Source: Lama glama
Taxonomy: Eukaryota
DNA length: 64,000 nucleotides
NCBI GenBank assembly: GCA_028534125.1
Contig: CM052816.1
Location: 15,316,001 to 15,380,000, forward strand
Direction of reading: 5' to 3'
Numbering within the stretch: position 1 is the stretch's first letter; each line of letters opens with the position of its first letter. This document shows positions 52,562 to 60,984 of the stretch, one piece after another. The notes below the pieces were generated by a model. It made no database searches. It had not been told where the DNA came from and was given only the letters and a program-made list of their open reading frames with translations. The translations under genes and the position numbers were made by a program.

Positions 52562-54563
52562 AAGTCTCACTTGAAATAGTTACTTCAAAAGCTCATTTCC
52601 CCAGAAATAACACATGAGCCCAAAGAGTTAGAGATTTATGACTTTGGAAGCTCACTAGCATTCTAACTCTTAAGAAATTTAAGAATACTACTTAAGTAAA
52701 AGCAAATAAGTGACCTTTCACCTTACCTATGACAATTACGTAAAAATGGTCTAGAAAATCCAGGACACCATCCTTCTATCACATTTAGACCAAAGCAAAT
52801 CTTCTCAGTCTCTCTCACAAGTTTCAAAGAAAAAGAGATTCTAATTTTTAGAGTCTAAAGATATTTCCACTTTATTTCCTAGGTAAATAGTACATGTGTT
52901 CTAAGTTCATCTCTCATCAATTTTCATTTAAAATCTAAATGAAAGCCTTCCACAAGCCCAGGAGAAGTCCTCCAGATATTCTCCCCATAACTGACTACCC
53001 AAATAAAATCCTGTCCCACCTTGGTTTAGAAGTTATTTCTCATTTAGTGAAATTCAAAGATACAGACATTCGAGGAACCATCTCCTTCACAACCCACACA
53101 GATTTTTCCAAAGCAAAATACTGGGGTTAGAATATACTAAAGTTTTAAATCTAAAAGAATTCCTGTTCAGATCAAGAATGGTTAATACTGCGCACTAAAT
53201 GTATTCTGCAATGCACAAATACAGTTTCTCCTTATTCCTCTCAAATACAACAGCCAGGAGAGTTGTATACACAGAGAAATCTCTGTACTTTAACACCAAG
53301 ATCAGAGGTTAAAATAATTGGTCATAGGGGATGAACCAGGCACCTCAGAACCAAAATAGAATACTCTGAGCACTTAGAACAATAAATAGGACAGTACCCA
53401 AGCCACAGTCAAGAGTGAAAAAAGTACATATATAAAATATCTCCTTTTTCTCTAGAGCCCAAGAGATGATGCCTACCATTCTAGGTTGCTTAGACTGAAA
53501 AAGGTTCAGTACACACCCTAAGAGTTAAAAGAAACTTAGGATCTAATAACAAATTTCCCTCACTGCAAAAGATGTCCATAGGGTGCCTCACCTTCCCCAA
53601 GCCTAAAAATCTCCAGAGCTCAGCTATCCTGTTATTTTGAAGCTCAAAGGTGCACTGGAACTTTCTTTTCCCGTCTAACTTCACACAAAGTCCCAGGTGC
53701 AAGACTCACGTGATTTTTCAGCGTAAAAGCAGAGTTCCTTAATACTCACCTGTCTGACTAAAGAGGGGATTTAAGAACCCTCCTTAAAGACACATGTAAC
53801 GCATAAGGCAAATAATGTCCAACCCTTCAACTCTGAGAGACACAGTATATTGGAAATGCTCTTTGAGCAAGCTAGCTCTGTCTGTGACTGTCTCAGCCTC
53901 AGTCTTTCTGTCCCTCTCGCTCTCTCAGTACCAAGGGCAGGGACTCTGGCAAGACCCCGCCCCCCCATCTCCAAAGCTGGGTGGGCGGGAGGTAGCCTGA
54001 GGAGTCCCGGTTCCCGCGCGAAGCTCAGAGACCAAAGGGCTCTCTATTGTGGGTCTACGGATGGTGACGGGAACCGGTCCGGCTCGAGACGCGGGCTGAA
54101 GAGTAAGCCGAGGGCGCACTAGGCCCGCACCGCTGCCACTGCCGCCATGGAGCCGATCGCTGTCACGGAACGACTCCGCCCGGGGCAGCGGGAGGGTAGC
54201 CCGGGCCCCGCGCCGGCCCAGAGAGAATTCATGCCTCAAGCTGTGTGGGAAGCGGGGGTCCTAGAGCCGTACCTCGGATACCTCGTCCTCGTCGCTACCA
54301 GAGGCACCACCTCCACCCCCGGTCCTCAGGACGGCAGCCGCCAACTTGAAATCCAGCGCCGCGTCCCCTCCGCCTGCACCGCTCCCGCCGCCACCGACTC
54401 CTGGAGCGGGCCCGGCCTCCCCAAAGAGTCTCAAGGTGCGGATCCCCAGCCCGACCCCTCCCGGCGGAGGCGGCTCCGAGGCCCCGGCTGGGGCGGATCG
54501 CGGAGCCACCGAGTCCAGGTCCTCCTCAAAGGAGGTGCCGCCGCCTCCGCCGTCGGTCAGCAT
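6665..54563 (-). CDS. ANKHD1: ANKHD1, partial multi-exon CDS (exons 1-10, 589 aa, N-terminal ankyrin repeat cluster); continues beyond the window start
   Basis: Spliced translation [32 protein letters not shown]...VLLQAGADL matches the ANKHD1 N-terminus as I recall it; the N-terminus distinguishes it from the paralog ANKRD17. Exon lengths are 291, 154, 157, 148, 148, 234, 95, 238, 192 and 110 nt, with GT-AG junctions and consistent phases. Confidence 0.97.
7445..7693 (+). mobile_element. 5'-truncated L1 3' terminus with polyA and TSD
   Basis: TGAACCCAAATGTAAATTATGGACTTTGG...AATAAA, A-tail; flanking repeats AGACCTGAAAC / AGGCCTGAAAC. Confidence 0.75.
8634..8748 (+). mobile_element. tRNA-derived SINE (Vic-1-like), internally deleted
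   Basis: GGGGAGGGTATAGCTCAAGTGGTAGAG, B-box GGTTCGATCC, tail AATAAACCTAATTACCTCC. Confidence 0.85.
8795..8886 (+). mobile_element. tRNA-derived SINE (Vic-1-like, short)
   Basis: tRNA-like head, polyA, TSD AAGTCT(T/G)TCTT. Confidence 0.85.
10831..11022 (-). CDS. ANKHD1: ANKHD1 exon 9
   Basis: ccccag|GAGCAA...GCTG|gtatgt; encodes [23 protein letters not shown]...LVKYLLAA. Confidence 0.96.
11253..11490 (-). CDS. ANKHD1: ANKHD1 exon 8
   Basis: ctgtag|GATGGA...CAAG|gtaaaa; encodes [28 protein letters not shown]...MVALLLAQ. Confidence 0.96.
12950..13392 (+). mobile_element. Young 5'-truncated L1 3' end
   Basis: ATGCCATTTGCAGCAACATGGATGGACCTA...GACTGTACTTCAAT, A-tail; TSD AAGAAAATTGA. Confidence 0.85.
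13445..15310 (+). mobile_element. Degraded L1 ORF2 endonuclease region followed by an older L1 3' end
   Basis: Endonuclease-like remnants ([31 protein letters not shown]), frameshifted. Confidence 0.85.
15588..16016 (+). mobile_element. MLT1-type (ERVL-MaLR) LTR, degraded
   Basis: AAAGATGGCTTCAAATTCTTT...TTAAGTCACTATGTTT...GCAGTAATA termini typical of MLT1. Confidence 0.6.
17061..17177 (+). mobile_element. tRNA-derived SINE (Vic-1-like)
   Basis: tRNA head, long polyA, TSD GAAATTATA(TG/CA)AACCAG. Confidence 0.9.
18086..18480 (+). mobile_element. SINE (Vic-1-like) containing a second SINE at 18261-18425
   Basis: Two tRNA heads; outer TSD CACTCAACAA, inner TSD AAACTTAAAAAGA. Confidence 0.85.
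18861..18992 (-). mobile_element. tRNA-derived SINE (Vic-1-like)
   Basis: Reverse-strand head CTCTACCACTGAGCTATACCCTCCCC; TSD TGCATTTTT. Confidence 0.9.
21032..21645 (+). mobile_element. Young L1 3' end nested in the older L1
   Basis: Repeats the CCAATGTTCATAGCA block; same 3' UTR family as 12950-13392; tail decayed to (AT)n. Confidence 0.85.
21609..21643. repeat. (AT)17 microsatellite
   Basis: Perfect AT run. Confidence 0.97.
22264..22358 (-). CDS. ANKHD1: ANKHD1 exon 7
   Basis: tttttaag|GCCATT...TGCATG|gtaatt; encodes [32 protein letters not shown]. Confidence 0.96.
22810..23335 (+). mobile_element. L1ME-type 3' ORF2/UTR fragment
   Basis: AAATGCAAATTAAAA...CCCTTTGACCCAGCAATTCCACTTC...GGAATTTATCCTAAGGAAATAAT. 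Confidence 0.85.
23338..23842 (+). mobile_element. MLT1-type LTR inserted in the L1ME fragment
   Basis: ACTACATTTTCCAGCCTCCCTTGC...GCAGCCAAAG...CCTAACTGATA; the L1ME resumes after it. Confidence 0.75.
23989..24206. mobile_element. Tigger-derived non-autonomous DNA transposon (MER8/Tigger2-like)
   Basis: TIRs GAGTTGACCCTTGA / AAGAGTCAACTG flanked by TA. Confidence 0.8.
24712..24945 (-). CDS. ANKHD1: ANKHD1 exon 6
   Basis: tgttag|GAAATA...AAAG|gtactc; encodes [21 protein letters not shown]...SALTLACYK. Confidence 0.96.
26505..26652 (-). CDS. ANKHD1: ANKHD1 exon 5 (not in the ORF track)
   Basis: tttaaag|GTATTG...ACAG|gtatgt; encodes [49 protein letters not shown]. Confidence 0.96.
27377..27524 (-). 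CDS. ANKHD1: ANKHD1 exon 4 (not in the ORF track)
   Basis: ttttcag|TCGCAGT...GCACAA|gtaagc; encodes [49 protein letters not shown]. Confidence 0.96.
27800..27893 (-). mobile_element. tRNA-derived SINE (Vic-1-like)
   Basis: GGGGATTGAACCCAGGAC...; TSD GATG(C/T)ACAAGTTTT. Confidence 0.88.
27957..28090 (-). mobile_element. tRNA-derived SINE (Vic-1-like)
   Basis: TSD CCCAAAGAC(A/G)TG..GGATAT. Confidence 0.88.
28197..28361. mobile_element. MER5A-like hAT-Charlie MITE
   Basis: CAGTGAATCTCAAACTT...AAAATGTAGATTCTGATTCAGTAG...GGACCATATCTGAGTAG. Confidence 0.8.
28517..28673 (-). CDS. ANKHD1: ANKHD1 exon 3
   Basis: ctgaag|GAATTG...GACAC|gtatgt; encodes [22 protein letters not shown]...HNAGQVD. Confidence 0.94.
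30063..30195 (+). mobile_element. tRNA-derived SINE (Vic-1-like) inside an old L1ME remnant
   Basis: GGGGGAGGGTATAGCTCAGTGGTAGAG...GGTTCAATTC. Confidence 0.9.
30575..30614. repeat. Perfect 20-bp tandem duplication
   Basis: AAGTATATGTAAACCTTGAC x2. Confidence 0.95.
30869..31047 (+). mobile_element. Short young L1 3' tail
   Basis: ACAGGGAACTATATTCAATATCTT...GACTATACTT; TSD AAAC(A/C)TAAGT. Confidence 0.8.
33129..33282 (-). CDS. ANKHD1: ANKHD1 exon 2
   Basis: aaacag|GTTGAA...GCAG|gtactt; encodes [17 protein letters not shown]...LEALLEAA. Confidence 0.96.
35310..35950 (+). mobile_element. L1MB-like 3' end
   Basis: GAATTACCATACAACCCAGCAATTCC...GTAAATTAAATCTCAA, A-tail. Confidence 0.8.
36253..36390 (+). 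mobile_element. tRNA-derived SINE (Vic-1-like)
   Basis: Canonical head; TSD AAAAATTA(A/C)AATTCAT. Confidence 0.9.
39725..39824. other. Assembly gap (100 N)
   Basis: Run of exactly 100 N. Confidence 0.99.
40280..41235. mobile_element. L2 remnant with an embedded MIR (about 40575-40825)
   Basis: CATTTAATAAGCACCTACTATGTGCCAG (L2 terminus); CTTCAGTTTCCTTATCTATAAA (MIR core). Confidence 0.65.
41240..42100 (+). mobile_element. L1 3' end containing a nested L1 tail of about 100 bp (41404-41500)
   Basis: [17 protein letters not shown]; nested piece flanked by TSD AAAAATTCTAATCTGAAA. Confidence 0.85.
43720..45545 (+). mobile_element. L1 ORF2 C-terminus and 3' UTR (L1MB-like)
   Basis: [23 protein letters not shown] motif; L1 3' UTR. 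Confidence 0.88.
46210..47768 (+). mobile_element. L1 ORF2 C-terminus and 3' UTR (L1MB-like)
   Basis: [31 protein letters not shown] motifs. Confidence 0.9.
48965..49220. mobile_element. MIR SINE
   Basis: CATCTATTAAAATGTAGATAATACCTACCTCAAAGGGATGTTG core. Confidence 0.65.
50545..50744. mobile_element. MER20 hAT-Charlie DNA transposon
   Basis: CAGCGGTTCTC...GAGAAACCATG termini; internal CTACTGGCATCTAGTGG; 8-bp TSD CTGTAGAC / CTCTAGAT. Confidence 0.85.
52521..52558. repeat. (TG)19 microsatellite
   Basis: Perfect TG run. Confidence 0.98.
54273..54563 (-). CDS. ANKHD1: ANKHD1 exon 1, coding part (97 aa, Gly-rich)
   Basis: ATG at 54563 in context cgaaccATGc; encodes MLTDGGGG...GSDEDEVSE; donor GAG|GTACGG. 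Confidence 0.96.
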
Positions 54564-54700
54564 GGTTCGCACGCGGAGCCGGAGACGCTGCCGAGTCACT
54601 CGCGGCCACCGCCGCTGCCGATCCCGGGAACGAGAGGAGCAGCAGGAGGAAGAAGCGTCTCCTTACCCCCGTCCCAGCAGCGCCACTAACTTCTCACTGC
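54564..54700 (-). other. ANKHD1: ANKHD1 5' UTR (transcription start approximate)
   Basis: GC-rich leader with no upstream ATG directly 5' of the start codon; resembles the human leader as recalled. Confidence 0.65.
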
Positions 54701-55819
54701 CTAACCTGCTGCCTCCCGCCCCCAACACTCGCCACTGGCTGCAGCTTCTCAACGGCTGCAGATCATTGGCCAAGATGACCCGTCGCTCAGGCTTCTCGTC
54801 ACGCGCCTTTCGCTGGCTCGCGGCCTCCAAGCTGCGTTGACCCGCGCAGGCCTAGGCGGTTGCGAACACCCGCCTCCCATTCCCCACGCGCCGACTTCCG
54901 GTCTTTTTCTACGTCTATTGGCCAGCCCCTCTGACTATCGCGTCACGACCTTAAAGTGGATTAGTTAGCCTTAAGGTCAGTCAGAGTGACCCCTAACAAT
55001 GGGAAACTTCATTGGCAGTATGGAGTGTCGGTCACTTTGTCACAGGACGTCGCGTGGTACAATTGGCCGGTAAGGGTCCATTTCATCCCGCCTCCATCTG
55101 AGGTGACGGGAAAGGGTTGGGGAATTTCCACTCTTGTTTAAAATGACGGCTGAGGTGACGACCTGAAAGAATTAATTAGATTTGGAGTAAATTGGCACAG
55201 CGCCTGGTGAGGCTTACACGTCAAGGGTGCAAGAGGCGCAGAGGTAACTCAGCTCCCACCTGTCGCTCTCCGCCAGGCGCGGCGACTCTGGCCGGAGAGT
55301 TGCTGCACGGGGATTGGAGGGAAGAAGCTATCAGTCTCACCTAGGCCCCACCTTCTTGCCAGTCCCCGGTTGGAGGAGCGGCGCGTCAGTCACTACAGAG
55401 GTCGCCGCCTCTGGGGACAGGTGAGGCTGTGGAAACTCTGCCTCTGGCTCTTTGGGCGGGATTAGGGGGCTGGGAGAGGCGAGGGGGCAGGGCTGTTCCA
55501 GCTGCTAGCCGCCCGCTTGCCCGAGCCGAATCTGGCCCGCCAAACTGAGGAGACAAGAAAGGCTGCTGGGGATGGCCACCCGGAGGCGATTCGGCTCGCC
55601 TGCGTGCCAGAACGTGGCTGGGCGCCGCAGTTCCACGACCCGCGGGCGGGGTCGCCCCGCGGGGCTGCATTCTTCGCCGGTGGAAGGTGGCGGACGTGAG
55701 GGCTGGACAGCGCCATGCCTCAGTACTGGGAACTGTCCCACGAAGGAGGGTGGCAAGGCCGCGGAATCACACTATGGGGCTGAACGCAGTGGTCAAGGGT
55801 GCGTGCTCTGGAGCAGTTT

Positions 55820-55990
55820 CGAGTTCTGGTGCCGCCACTTATTTGCTCTGTAACCTCCGGGCGTTAGTCGTTTAATCTCTGTGACTTTCAGTTCAGTCAT
55901 CTCTAAAATGGGGGTAATATTAGTTTCTCCCTCATAGGTTGTTGTTATGAATAAATTGGTAATAACATCAGGCGCTTAGCAAAGTGCCAA
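55820..55990. mobile_element. MIR at the CpG island edge
   Basis: CATCTCTAAAATGGGGGTAATA...CCTCATAGGTTGTTGT. Confidence 0.6.
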
Positions 55991-58900
55991 TCTTAAAGCA
56001 AAGATTCATTTTTGTTACTTACTGTTCCTTCAGGAGTACTCCACCTGACCCGGGCTCCTGCCAGACTAATTATTTTTAGATCTCTGTGATGCAAAAGAAG
56101 GCTAGCTAAGGGGGTCTTCCCCCTTCTAAGGATCTCTCTCTACATCCATTATCTCTCTATCGCCTTTGTCAATAAAGAGGGCTTTAAAATGCTCATACTC
56201 TAAGTAATCTATGATCAAAGCTGACAAGAAAGGCATTTGGTGTATTTTGTATGGCAAATGTCGTTGACCCAGAGAATGTCCATGTGAGGTTTAGCCAGGA
56301 GAGACTGGCTAAAAGCAAAAGATTTGGCATTGTCTCCTCTCTTGCAACTTTAACAAAGGGCTTTGTATATCTTGATTGTGTAATTTTTATTATTTCACCT
56401 CCCTTGAACTGGAACCTGAAAATTCTATTTTAAAATAATTTTTAAATGACTTTGAAAATGGATTCTGCCAAACATTTATTTAAAGAGCATTGTGAAGATT
56501 GTGAACATTTCTTTGGCGTGGTGATTGCTCATTGTGGCATTTCACATTCAAAGAGACTGTTTTCTTTGAGCAGAACATTTTAGGTAAATGTTCTTTCTAG
56601 ATAATAAGTTGGAGAAAATAGAGGGAAAAAGTTTTGTACCTTTTCTAGAAAACTGTTTTAATGTAAATGCTATGTGTATTGGCTTTAGTTAGAATTTGTG
56701 AAACTTAATTAGCTCATATCTTCAGTTCTGTTTAAGTTTTCAAGGCATGTGTGACTAGGTCACAACCCAAACTAATAGCACCAACAAAAGAAACCTAGCA
56801 CTGCCCAACCCACTTCAAAGCTGGATTATCCAGAATTGGTATGGATACATCCTTAGGCAAAAACAGGTATTGACTGGTGGAACATTACAAAGGAACTACT
56901 TGTCATTCCTACTACTAATACAAAAATAATTCCTGATGCAACCCCTGAACAAACTCTTTAAATTCTTTAAACAAATGTAATGAATCTCAAAGACAGAGGA
57001 AGGAAATCTAGATATATACATTTCCCAATACATTTGAAAGAGAAAAATATACTTTCTACTCAGGCCTTAGCAACCAACCTTGAGTATAGCTGGGAAAATA
57101 TGATTGAGCAATGGTTTTTGTCTCACCAAGACCTTTACCTGGGACATTTGTTGTCAGTAATTTGACGATCATTATGGGAGTTAGGAACTCTCAATCTTCC
57201 TAGATTTTGGTGACTGATACATAGAGTCTTTTTTCATATGTACCACATTCGTGTGGTTTTACAAATGTGAAACTAATGGAGAAATCATCATATCAAGTAA
57301 TACATGTGATGAATGTACAAGTATCAATGTGATTTAATGGATAACCTTGGTTTTGATATATTTTAAGATGGTGTTTACTACTGAACGAAAGTAACACATT
57401 GATTTTTCAAAAGCTAAATAAGTAGTAGGGCACAAAATCCCTTTTAAAAATATATTTGTTAGAAGTAAACATTAGAATAAAATGTTTTCCCACAGAAAAC
57501 CAGTGAGAATACTTATTAGGGTGTAGTTGTAATGTTTCAAAGCACTCTGTACCTTTTGACCATCTTTCAAACAGGGAAGGAAAAAGTAAAACTATAGCCA
57601 GGAGGATTTTTAAAACTTCTGAGGTAATAAAAGGCTTCATTCCTTACAAGAAATAGAAGGATGGCACACCAAGTCATCGATAGAAGGACTTTAGCTACAT
57701 GTAGTTCTCTCACATGCAAACCGTATTTTCTCAAGAAGTTTAATTTCTGCATATCAGTCCATCTCAGTTTAGCCCATCTGTGTAAGGAAAGAAGAATAAG
57801 TAAAGCAACAAATTTGTTGCACTTGGATGTTGTCATTTAACCTTTATAATAACCCTACCATGACTTCACCCATTTTATAGATAAGGAAATTGAAACTCCT
57901 AAAAGGTTAAATAGCTTACCCAAACTTATAAGACCAGTATATAAAAAGGCTAGGATTTGAATTTATTTCGGCCTGATCCCAAAAGCCATGATCTTCCCTC
58001 TGAATCACATTGATTACATGGTGCTCTCAAAGGCAGAGGAACTTCATAAATCAGGTAAACTGATATAATCGTCCAACCATTATATCCTTCTTATAAACTT
58101 GCTAATTAGCACTCTAGGTAAAGTTATTCCTAGCTACTACCAAATTTGATATTCTCCTCTTTTGTAACATTCAGAAACATTTAATTTAAAATTTATCTCC
58201 TGGTTTCTCCAACTATATTGTTAATTTCTTAGAATATCCAATTTCACATTAAAAAATCTGAATAGTTAATATGTTCACATGGTTCACATTTCGAAAATAA
58301 TTTTTGAAATACAATGAAAGAGTCCTTTTACTTTGTCCATTAGCCACTCCGATCCCCTCTTATATGCAAACCATGTTATTAGGTTTTTAAGTTTCCTTCT
58401 AGAAATGTTTATACATATGTAAGCAGTTTCATACAGGTATTTTTTTCCTGTTTTAATGCAAATGGCAGCATACTATACACACTTCTGTATACACTTGCTT
58501 TTTTCACCTCATTTATTCTAGAGATATTCCATGTCAGTATATAAAGTGCTTTATAATTCTTGTTTACTACTTCATGGTATTCTGTTAACTGGGCATACTG
58601 TAACTTATTTATCCAATACTATAATATTGGACATTTATATTGTTTCTCTTCTATTTTTTTCTTAACAAACAATTCTGCAGATGTTTAACTTCCTAACCTA
58701 CTCCCTATTCTCCAGGAAGTACTGGGCACATACTAGTTCATCTGAAAAGTTATAAAATTTGCAACTAGACTGAAGGCTACTACTTCTCTGAGCTGTACTT
58801 GAATACACCTACAAGATGTCTAGCAACATTTAGTAAGTGGGCATATTTTAAAAAACAAGGAGCTATGCCTGCAGCTGGACTACCCCACCACACAGCCTAA

Positions 58901-59339
58901 GAAAATTACACCAAATTATTCAGCAAAGATCCTACAATTTATTCTGTGACTGGGCCTACCCTTCCTGAAAAGGGGAAAAGTGTGTCTGTGTGTGTGTGTG
59001 TATTTCAAACTTCTAAAACTAATGAATATATAAATATCCCTTGTGGTGGAGTCACTCAGGTTCTCAACAAAGAAGAGAGGAGAGAACAATTAATACCCAT
59101 TTTCTTCCTTGGGGTTCTGTCAGGATTTCTTAATCCTTGAATTGGTGGATAAAGGGCAGCATGTCAAGGAGAATATGCAAAAGGGTTATTGAGAGGAAGT
59201 AGGATTTAGTGGGAGTGTCTCTTGGGTTGGCAGTCAGAAACACCAAGTCTACTTCAAATGGATGATATATTTCTGCGTGTGATTCTGTGATCCTTGACAA
59301 AGAAAGTTCATGTGTCCACTTGACCTTTTGAGGTATGCT

Positions 59340-59443
59340 TTAATTTAATTTGGTGGGGGGTAATTTTAATGGAGGTACTGGAGATTGAACCCATGACCTT
59401 GTGCATGCTAAGCACACACTCTGCCACTGAGCTATACCCTCCC
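59340..59443 (-). mobile_element. tRNA-derived SINE (Vic-1-like)
   Basis: TSD TGAGGTA(TG/CA)CTTTAA. Confidence 0.88.
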
Positions 59444-59695
59444 GGCTATGAGGTACACTTTAAAGGTATATAACTTCAGAGGCATTTCATATCACAAAAC
59501 ATAGTTTGAGTTCAAATCAAATACCATACAAGTACAGAGAAAGTACAGTAGGTTACATGTAAAACCAAGATGTTAATAGTCATTTTCTATGGGTACTGGA
59601 ATCATACAAAGATTTATACAATTCTTTTTCTCTTTTTTAAATGTTTATATTTTCTAGGCTTTTCTTTTTTTTCTTTTTCCACAGTGAACATATAC

Positions 59696-59806
59696 TTTGG
59701 GTGGGGGTTAATAGGGTTTATTTATTTGTAATGGAGGTCCTGGAGATTGAACCCAGGACCTTGTGCATGCTAAGCAGGCCCTCTACCACTGAGCTATACC
59801 CTCCCC
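59696..59806 (-). mobile_element. tRNA-derived SINE (Vic-1-like)
   Basis: TSD GAACATATA. Confidence 0.88.
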
Positions 59807-60301
59807 ACTGGAACATATATTTTTTGAGAAAAATAAATTTAAATAAAATATCATTTCAAATAATTCTGCAATTTTTTCACAAGTTCATTCAACCAACATT
59901 TAGTTCATTCCTACTGTGTACATGGCACTCTGCCAAGTCTTTGGAGCAAACATAAAAGAAGCAGATTCAATGCACTTCTTTTCAGTTACACTGATACATA
60001 TACTTATTGATGGTGAGGTAAATAAAATGCACATGGAATAGTAGAGAACAGTCTTAAACAACAGAAAGACAAATTCAGGACAATACAATAAACTATTTTA
60101 CAGTATTGAGTAGATAGGAAGTAAATGAGAAATCAAAATGGAGTAAGTTTATATAGGAAAAAACTTTTTTTTACATTTTTTATTGATTCATAATCATTTT
60201 ACAGTGTTGTGTCAAATTCAAGGAAAAAAAAACTTTGATTATGATCATTTTGAACTAGGAACTAACTGGAGGAAATAGAGGTAAAGCATTCCAAATGCCC
60301 A

Positions 60302-60456
60302 TTTTTTTTTTTGATTGGGTTGTTTTTTTTTTTGTTTTTTTTTTTTTGGTGGGGGGAGGTAATTAGGTTTATTTATTTAATGGAGGTACTAGGGATTGAA
60401 CCCATGACCTCCTGCATGCTAAGCATTTGCTCTACCACTGAGCTATACCCTCCCCC
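60302..60456 (-). mobile_element. tRNA-derived SINE (Vic-1-like)
   Basis: Perfect TSD TAAAGCATTCCAAATG. Confidence 0.92.
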
Positions 60457-60984
60457 TAAAGCATTCCAAATGAAAAGGAAAGATGACAGAATTGAAAGCC
60501 TTCAAATTGTGTGTCAAGATGGGAAAAAGACTAACCTAGTCACTGCAAAGAGAAACTTAAAAAAGAAATTTCTCTTTGGTTAAAGAAATGTTGAATACTG
60601 GACTGAGGGCTTTACATTTGGTTCACAGTTATTGAAAAGCAAAATTGCAAGATAAAATTGTTAAAGGGAGATCACAATTTTTTGTTTTGTTTGGTCTGCA
60701 TTGTAAGAGTTGGGATGAGACAAGGAGATACTGGAGTCTAGGAAACAAGCAATCTTGCTGTGGTACTTAATCCAGGTGTGAGGTAATGAAGGCCTGTATC
60801 AGGGGAGTGGCTATCAGAATGGAGAGAAAGGAACTGTCAGCAAGCATAAGAATCAACACTTGGTGCCTGATTAAATATGGGGAACAATAGAGTTAGGAAC
60901 AAAAGTTACTTGAGAAAAATCAAAACAAACTTTCTGAAGGGAAATGTGGCATTATGTATCAAGATTCTTTCTTTAAATTTCTAT

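Larger units (their letters stand above)
53950..55870. promoter_or_regulatory. CpG island and TATA-less promoter of ANKHD1
   Basis: Abrupt GC and CpG enrichment in an AT-rich background. ETS motif ACTTCCGG at about 54894, ATTGG/CCAAT boxes at 54765, 54917, 55011, 55062, 55191 and 55313, and several TGACG/CGTCA half-CRE sites. Confidence 0.9.

Noticed and set aside
6665..54563. ANKRD17 (paralog) or a pseudogene
   Set aside because: The MLTD...[14 protein letters not shown]-terminus is ANKHD1-type, and introns, frame and splice sites are all intact.
54564..54599. N-terminal extension MTRQRLRLRVRT from GTG at 54599
   Set aside because: It is a non-AUG start in weak context (C at -3); the ATG at 54563 matches the known N-terminus.
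55050..55066. CCAAT plus CCACG as an ER-stress element
   Set aside because: The spacing is N4; ERSE requires CCAAT-N9-CCACG.
53771..55875. Other overlapping ORFs in the CpG island
   Set aside because: GC-rich DNA is depleted of stop codons, and the translations are low-complexity with no recognisable homology.
8634..60456. tRNA-Ala-like sequences with A and B boxes as tRNA genes
   Set aside because: They are dispersed, diverged copies with A-rich tails and TSDs, so they are SINEs.
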